The notes under the pieces: generated by a model
Database searches by the model: none
Told to the model about the DNA's origin: nothing
What the model saw: only the letters and a program-made list of their open reading frames with translations
Made by a program: the position numbers and the translations under genes
Source of the DNA: Eledone cirrhosa
Lineage: Eukaryota
Assembly: GCA_964016885.1 (NCBI GenBank)
Contig: OZ024763.1
Location: 11,098,001 to 11,162,000, forward strand
Length of the DNA: 64,000 nucleotides
Direction: 5' to 3'
In this document: in pieces, positions 55,422 to 64,000 of the stretch
Layout: every line of letters begins with the position of its first letter
Numbering within the stretch: position 1 is the first letter of the stretch

Positions 55422-57191
55422 TTAATCAATGAAAAAAGAGTAAGTTGATTTGTAATCAACTGACTCTTGTATATAACAGATTCCAAGCACTCGACGATAT
55501 ATATTTATCCGGAGTATTACTATAATAATAGTAATAAACGAAAGATATATACTTTATATCATCTCTATTTATTTCATTATGCATATTTCGAAGATGTAAA
55601 GTTTTTTGTATAACATAAAGCAAAACATTCCCCTTCAGACAAAATACATATGAAATGTATAATTTTTCATGATATGCTGGTAGCCAAACGAGCTGGACAG
55701 ATCGGTGACCACCAAGCATATGACTAGAAAAAACTCAACACATAGGAGGTTACGTGACTGGGAGAATAATTACTGTTGGTTTAAACGTTTTAGAAATTAT
55801 TTAAAATATAGGTAAAAAAACAAAACAAAAATTGACCCTTATTCAGTTTATATGTTGTTTATAATCAATTAAAATAGGTATTAAATCAAAAAAATATATT
55901 ATATCAAAGGAAAAAACGAAAAAATATTCTAGGAAGACAGAAATAGTATTATGAAAATATAATAAAGGGGGAAAGAATTTGGATTACAAAATTTGTAGGT
56001 AAATTATCTTCGTTTATGTATAATTTGATTTTGAAATTATATGAGTAGAAAAGTATTTAATAATTGATACGGTTTTAAAAAATATATATATATAACTATG
56101 TAATTATATATATTTATATATAATTACCGATGTCAAATTTATCCATTCAACAATCTATTCAACAAGTAGGAAATAAACGAATAGAAGAAACTATAAATAC
56201 TTTGTGCAACTATTTTAGAAAGAAACGATGTATGCATTATAGCCAAATTTATCAATTTATTTAGATACAACCTTAAGTTAAGGTAGATGAAAAATTGTAA
56301 CGGAGGAAGATTGTAACGGAGAAAAATAACGGAGAAAAATTAGTTAACTTATTTTATCGTATAATCTAGATTTTTTAAATAAAGATAACAAAATCACTTT
56401 AAAATTATATATAAAGCAGTAATACCTATCTCATTATTTTTATATATATAAAGCTTAACTAAAAACTCTAGACGTATTTGAGAATAGGTGGAGGCAAGAA
56501 TTAAAAACTATATATAAAGGAATATTCACTATTATGTTATCTATTTTAAAGCTTAACTAAAGAACTCTATGAAACGTTTTCGAGAATCGGTGGAGGCATG
56601 AATTAAAGATCTCAGAACATTTATTAAGAATTTCAGTGGTACATAGGTTACAACTCTTACAAATAGAAGTGTTATAAGATAAAGCATTAGAAAGTTTGTG
56701 CGAAGAAAGAGAATATTCTATATTATTATTTCTAAGCGACCAAATTAATTCAGATAAAGCAGTACTAAATCTCTTGTCTTCTCTTTTGAACGTGTGGCAG
56801 TGATTATACCACCTGTCTTTAAATTTAGAAGAAGTGGCACCAATATAAGACTTATCTTTTGTTTTAACAATGCATTTGTAAACTAAATTACGGTCAAGAC
56901 AGTTATTACTTAATGGGCAAGAATCACTATTTTTACAATTACAATTAAGTATGTTGTTATTTAATGATGCCACTCTGTTTTCATAGTTCATAAGGTTTTC
57001 ATCGTCTATATTATTGGTATAATTGTTGTTAACTGAGAAGTTATTTATTCTATTAGTGATTCTCTAATTATCATTAGGGGTTAATTCCCTATGAATAGTT
57101 CCGAGATTTCTATTATACATAAAACTTTGCAGCTTCGAAATATAATGAAATAAATAAAGATGATATAAAGTATATATCTTTGGTTTATTAC

Positions 57192-57195
<4 letters not shown>
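55422..57195 (-). mobile_element. Penelope-like element 3' part: GIY-YIG endonuclease, 3' pLTR with HHR, inverted partial pLTR at the truncation
   Basis: ORF 56557-56991 CNC..CPL..CL..VYKC..YIGAT..FKDRWYNH..CNLC..LNK.SE...CLH; HHR at 55570-55646 (core CTGAAGG); 57132-57195 is an inverted copy of 55518-55595. Confidence 0.85.
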
Positions 57196-57248
<53 letters not shown>

Positions 57249-57435
57249 AAAATGTATGACCCCGACGGCAGAGCTCAAGCCGTTTCGACGGGTATTTCTG
57301 GACTAAAATAGCCGTCGAAACGGCTTGAGGTCTGCCGTCGGGGTCATACATTTTCCTATTACCCACTCTACTATCCTAAGTATTGAGTACTCTGGTGTGT
57401 TATGGTCCATCTGGCTCCTTACCACAACTCCTTCG

Positions 57436-57480
<45 letters not shown>

Positions 57481-57719
57481 CGGAGCCATAGACTCTCGTT
57501 ATTCCCTGTCAATAATGTGCTCAAAGGAAAAGGAATCCTGAGCTCTTTAAAATACAATATGTTGAAAAGGTAACACACTAGAGAGAGATAGTGCGCCATC
57601 AATAAAACAGGGAAAACCACCAGTGTATGGAGTCTATAACCTATGGAAGGCAGGGTAGACACACAATAATAAAAAATATAAATTAAAATGTATATACGCA
57701 CCTCTATAACTATATAACA

Positions 57720-57800
57720 CACGCGTACAAATCCAAAGAGATCTGTTTCGCCAGGAAGTTGTTGACTGAAATGGAATAGCCTATGGTTCATCAGCGCGTG
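57720..57800 (-). ncRNA. Canonical type I hammerhead with full helix III
   Basis: Minus strand: cacgcg-CTGATGA-acca...tggc-GAAA-cagatc(tctttg)gatttg-TA-cgcgtg; within element 57478-57977 with inverted arm; terminus also at 63120-63212. Confidence 0.85.
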
Positions 57801-57970
57801 CTAGACTTTACATTCCAGACAAGTCTAAGAGAATCTAAAGCGACCGTTCAGATAGACGCGGCAGAGAGATGTCACAGTGTGTTTAGGGCAAGTGTGCTCA
57901 ACCGGTGGTTTTCCCTGTTTTATTGATGGCACACTATCTCTCTTTAGTGTGTTACCATTTCAACATATTG

Positions 57971-58025
<55 letters not shown>

Positions 58026-58063
58026 ATATTAATAAATGGAAACTATATTTATAAAACCATATT

Positions 58064-58129
58064 TATTTTATTATACATATTTCAAGGGCAACCAAGGCAA
58101 ATTATAGTGCGCTTTCATCAGATAAAATA
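58064..58129 (-). ncRNA. Minimal type I hammerhead (family A)
   Basis: Minus strand: tattttat-CTGATGA-aagcgcac...gttgccctt-GAAA-tatgta-TA-ataaaata; inverted half copy at 58216-58300. Confidence 0.8.
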
Positions 58130-58391
58130 CAGATTTGTTTTATAAATAAATATTGACATACCCGGAAAATAAAGACAACCTTAACGGTTGGAGCTTCCTG
58201 GATAGTGGAGATAATACCATAATTTGCCTTGGTGGCCCTTGAAATATGTATAATAAAATAAATATGGTTTTATAAATATAGTTTCCATTTATTAATATAT
58301 TGTGTATTTACTCCACTAAACTGTTGAGTGCTTTATATCAGTTATAAAAATGTTTAAGCTTGTTGAATCCCAACAAATTAAATATAACCTC

Positions 58392-58448
<57 letters not shown>

Positions 58449-59064
58449 CGAAGGAAGTGTGGTAAGATACCAGGGGGACCATAACGCACCAGAGTACTCA
58501 ATACTTAGGGTAGTAGAGTAGGTAATAGGGAAATGTTTAACTCCGACGGCAGAGCTCAAGCCCAAACGGCTTGACCTCTGCCGTCGGGGTTAAACATTTT
58601 CATATATATATATATATATATATAATTATAGTAGGAGAATAAACAACCAAATTCTTGAAAAAATATTTATTTGTTTACAAATAAATATTTATTCAAGAAT
58701 TTGATTGTTTATTCTGCTAGAATATATTTTTATATTTACGCTCTGTCTCTATACGTATTGCATAGCTTATAACTCTCTGGTCTGCTTTCACTGCACACTT
58801 CTCTTGCATCTTATACGTATTGAGTACACTGTCCTCTTCCCTGCTGGCTTATGATTCTCACATCTCACAAACTAATCTCTAATCTCTCCTTCTTGATTGG
58901 ATTGTACACTTATATTTAATATATATATATATAGAAATAGCCGTCGAAACGTCTTGAGCTCTGCCGTCGGGGTCATACTTTTTCCTATTTCCCACTCTAC
59001 TACCCTAAGTATTGAGTACTCTGGTGCGATATGGTCCATCTGGTTCCTTACCACAATTCCTTTG

Positions 59065-59341
<277 letters not shown>

Positions 59342-59547
59342 CATACATATATATATATACATACATATATATATATATATACATACATATATATATATAT
59401 ATACATACATATATATATATATATACATACATATATATATACATATATATATATATACTAGCGTCCAAAACGTTAAGACCCTCTTCCTGCTATTTCAAGC
59501 GTTAACCTAATATATTCCTACCGACTGTGTTGTTATTTCTGTTTACC

Positions 59548-59633
<86 letters not shown>

Positions 59634-60828
59634 TTGTTTTGCTAGGTTTTTGATGTGAAAACGTGTGTTGAACATATATTTTTTACTTTGGGAGTGCTAT
59701 GCTGCCCCCCAAAACCTGTTGAGTTTCATTTTGGTTTATTATTATAATTGTCCGTTGGTTAGTTTAACAACCGGTTGGTTGTTTAGTTGTTGTCAAAGCC
59801 CTTTCGTCACACATTCTGTGGCCTCTGCAGCGAATACTTTTGTTACGCCTGTGTCTCTTCTATGTTCTGTTTTACACCATTTAGTCTTTGTGAGCCAAGT
59901 AGGGAGCTAGATGTTTTGATTGACCTCGGTCAATTTTAACGATGAGTCTTTTAGTTGTCCGATGAACGGAATAACCTTCTCATGAAGTTAGCGTGTAAGT
60001 GACTGAGCACTCCAAAGTCCTTTGAATCACAGGTACAGTCCATCTGACAGGCTTCCACACAGTTTCTGTTTACCCAGTTTCACTCACAAGACATGTATCG
60101 ACCCAAGGCTATTGTGAATGACACTTGCCCAAGATGTCACGCAGAGAGATCGAACATGAGACCTTATAACTTCAAAACGAACCTCTTCACCATATGGTCA
60201 TCTTGGGTTACACGGTCTATGAATAGGTGTAGTAGTAGTGGTAGTAGTAGTAGTAGTAGTAGTAGGAGGAGGAGGGTGGAATAGCTTCGTTTTAACATCC
60301 TCTTACCGTTTAGCAGAAACTGTCTTAAAACAAGTTTGTTAATTCACATGTTTATAGTCTCTTTACTGATGAACAGATTGTTATGAAAAATAGCAGTATT
60401 AGTGTAAAACCTTTAATATTTTATGTGATGCAGTCATGGTGTTGTTTTCTACTTTTCTAGAATGTTTTACTAATGAGGTTTCATGGTTTGTTTTGTTGAA
60501 ATTCAAATATTTGCAGTATCTTTACTGGTGGACAAATTATTGAGATATCTAACAGTAAACTAAAGACGTTAATATTCAAAGTGATGCTGTCATGGTGTTG
60601 TTTTCTTAATTTAAATATTTATAATATCTCTACTGGTGGACAGATTGTTGTGAAACTTACAGTAGTTAAGTAATGTACATAGCAGCTTTCATTTTCTTAT
60701 TCCTAAATCCCTGAATATTGAATAATTTATTCACTTTCCTCGCGTGTGTGTGTGTGGAGGGGGGGGGGCGTGTACAATTGTACACATCTGGTTACATAAA
60801 CACACACACACTCATGCAAACACACACG

Positions 60829-60883
<55 letters not shown>

Positions 60884-61013
60884 GTATATATATATATAGG
60901 CACACAAGCTCATACACACACACACACACATATACACATACACACATATATATATATATACACACACACATATATATATGCATATATATATATAGGCACA
61001 CAAGCTCATACAT

Positions 61014-61046
<33 letters not shown>

Positions 61047-61505
61047 CATACACACACACATATATATGTATATATATAGGTACACAATCTCACGCACAGG
61101 CACGCACCCACACACACATGTACAGAATTACCTATGTAAATATATGCATGTGCATATGTGCATATATGTGTACCAACACATGGGATGTAATATGGGATGT
61201 AAGAATGATTGAAGAGTAAATCTGTTGATCGAGTTCATGTACAGCAGCTCATATAATCGAATATATTTGCTATAATAATCGAAGGTAAAAAATATGCTCT
61301 ACCTTCGTTGAATGAGAGATAAACGCATCAACAACTGCAGCAAAACAGGATATGATTACGTAAGTGATGAGCAGGGACAAAACAACTACTCAATTAACCA
61401 ATGAGAAGCTAGAGTTAAAGAATTTTAGAAAAACATGAACCGAATACGGACATAAAGACACACACACACTCATACACTCATACACACACACACACACACA
61501 CACAT

Positions 61506-61554
<49 letters not shown>

Positions 61555-61664
61555 GACACACACACACATATATACACACATATATACTTACACACACACA
61601 CACACATACATACACACATATATGTGTGTGTGTGTTAAATATATGTTATGTTGTTTATTATGTA

Positions 61665-61740
<76 letters not shown>

Positions 61741-61829
61741 CCAAATTAAAAGATATATGTTTATATATAGAAAGAAACAGTCATATATTGTACAGGAAAC
61801 ACGGTATATTATATATATACCAAATACAT

Positions 61830-62690
61830 AATATCTCGAACCGGTAGCACTGCCAGGCCAGGGATTTCTGGAAGTTGTCCATAGGCCCCGGGCTTAAAGG
61901 CAAACGGAGACCATACCTGTTCACCGTCAAGGAAACACCAGAGATGTCAAAGCCTCAGCGCGTGTTTGTGCATCATCAACCAATTTTGAAATCTGCGTTT
62001 AACAGAGTTATGGGCCTGAAGTTGTCTATAACGTCCCCCTTCTAGTCTTTTCTTAGCAGCGCCACCGCTCTCCGGCTCACAAAACTGGGAATGCTCCCGT
62101 TCTGCTGCCAGTTGCAGTAGACATCTGCCAAGAGGTCGCCGAACAAGTCTGGCATGTACGCATAAAGCTCGTAGAACATACCATCCAAACCTGGCGATTT
62201 ACCCCTCGTGCAGTCAGCCAACGCTTCCCTTATTTCACCTGCTGTTATCGGCTTTTCACAATACTGCGCTGCGGTCGTCGAGACCTGCGGTAGTCCCTCG
62301 AGGTATGCATTGAAGTTGAAACTCCGATCCGGCCCGCCGCCGCTCCCAAAAAGTTGAGCAAAGTGCTGCTGAAAAGCCTCACACATGCTCGGGTTCGAGT
62401 AACATGCGCCCGTTTTGGTCAGGCAAAGATTGAATTGTGGCTTTGTTGCCACGTCACGCCTCCACCACCCGGGCCCATTGGACAGCTTTTGTCTCCTCGT
62501 GTCTCGGAACACGCACTCTAGCTCTGACAACGCAGCCTTCGTGCTTTGCGTTGAAGAATTGGTCGAGTGCCAATCTCGCCGCAAGCCAGTCGGTTGCGAT
62601 GCCTGTCCTAATTGCCTCTGCTAGCTTTCTAACTAGCTCTCCCTCTACTCTATTTTCCAATTCTCGTAAAATATGTCACATCCATTCCAC
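61830..62690 (-). pseudogene. L1/Tx1-clade ORF2 fragment
   Basis: PITAGEIREAL..GKSPGLDGMFYELY...ALLRKD, then NFRPITLLNADFKI. Confidence 0.8.
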
Positions 62691-62781
62691 ACTGTAAATA
62701 CGAAACTGTTGCTCACAACATCAATTTATATGTATTATTGTTCAGTTGAATAGGAGGTTCATTATATGTGCAAACATTGAG

Positions 62782-62833
62782 AATGCTCCGATGAATGCAA
62801 ACGAGAGTTTGGAAGAAACGATTGTCAGCTATT
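62782..62833 (+). ncRNA. Degenerate minimal hammerhead
   Basis: gct-CCGATGA-atgcaaac-gaga-gtttggaa-GAAA-cgattg-TC-agc. Confidence 0.55.
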
Positions 62834-62882
62834 AAATGATTTGAATACAACTTTGATAATTGTATAATTTATTTATTTATAC

Positions 62883-62923
<41 letters not shown>

Positions 62924-64000
62924 TACAAAAACACATACATATATACATTCATAGATACTCATATACATACATACAGGTGTACATGTGTACTTATATACAT
63001 ATATACACACATACAAACGCACATACATATATATATATACACATACATATATACATATATATATATATACATATACATACACACACACACATATACATAC
63101 ATATATGTATACATATTATATTCTCAACATATTATATTCTAAAGGGCTCAGGATCTCTTCCCCTTTGAGCACATTATTTACAGGGAATAACGACGGCCTA
63201 TGCCTCCGTTAATTTATCGTGATATATGTATACATGTACATACATACATACACATATACATATATACATATATATATATATACATATACATACACACACA
63301 CATATACATACACACACACATATATATACGTATATATACACACATATATATATATACATATATACATACATATATACACATATACATACACACATACATA
63401 TATATACATACACACCCACATAATATATACATATATACATACATACGCACATATATACATAAGTATATATGTATATATACATATATACATACATACATAC
63501 GCACATATATACATATATACATATGTACATATGTATATATACATATATACATACATATATACACGTATACATACATACATACAGACTTGTGTATTGCCCT
63601 GATAATCGGAAGCGACGTTCTGTGACGTACCAGTTTATGTGTTAACGTTGTTGACATGTTTTGTTTTGTAATAAATTGTAAGTGTTTAGTGTTAGTGAGA
63701 TCTATGCCGTGTTCCATTTGACGACATCTTTAATGACATAGTCATCTATTTTACAATTAGGGTGCCACCATTACATGTAGCATGCGTGACTCCTGCTCTA
63801 TACCCACTGTACTATGTGTGCATGTCTGTATGTATACACACACACTCACACACACACACATATGTATATATGTGTGTGTATGTATATATATATATATATG
63901 TATATATATATTTATTCACATATATATACATATATATATGTGTGTATGTGTCTATATATATATATATGTAAATATACACATATATATGTAAATATTTATA

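Noticed and set aside
60361-60410. CTGATGA...GAAA motif (similar weak hits at 10426, 15374 and 22033)
   Set aside because: Helices do not pair convincingly and neighbouring repeat copies lack the core.

Overview
Animal (eukaryotic) genomic DNA that is AT-rich and dense in (TA)n/(CA)n microsatellites. The repeat families look cephalopod/Octopus-like (inference). No intact host gene was recognised, and almost all listed ORFs are microsatellite or tandem-array artefacts. Recognisable content: a full-length but decayed RTE-clade LINE (4785-8022) with a 12-bp TSD and a candidate HDV-like ribozyme at its exact 5' end; Penelope-like element (PLE) remnants (RT and GIY-YIG endonuclease); Gypsy integrase, Tx1/L1, CR1-like and RTE fragments; Helitrons; MITEs; tRNA-derived SINEs; and nine minisatellite arrays. 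The main unexplained signal is about 27 type I hammerhead ribozyme (HHR) motifs, about 17 with intact cores, found by reading both strands. They lie in several families of short non-coding fold-back elements inserted into (TA)n tracts. Fold-back points repeatedly fall inside the ribozyme, one family occurs as a head-to-tail ~478-bp unit (retrozyme-like), and one element carries the 3' end of U6 snRNA joined at what appears to be an HHR cleavage site. All structures were paired by eye; no folding or database search was run.
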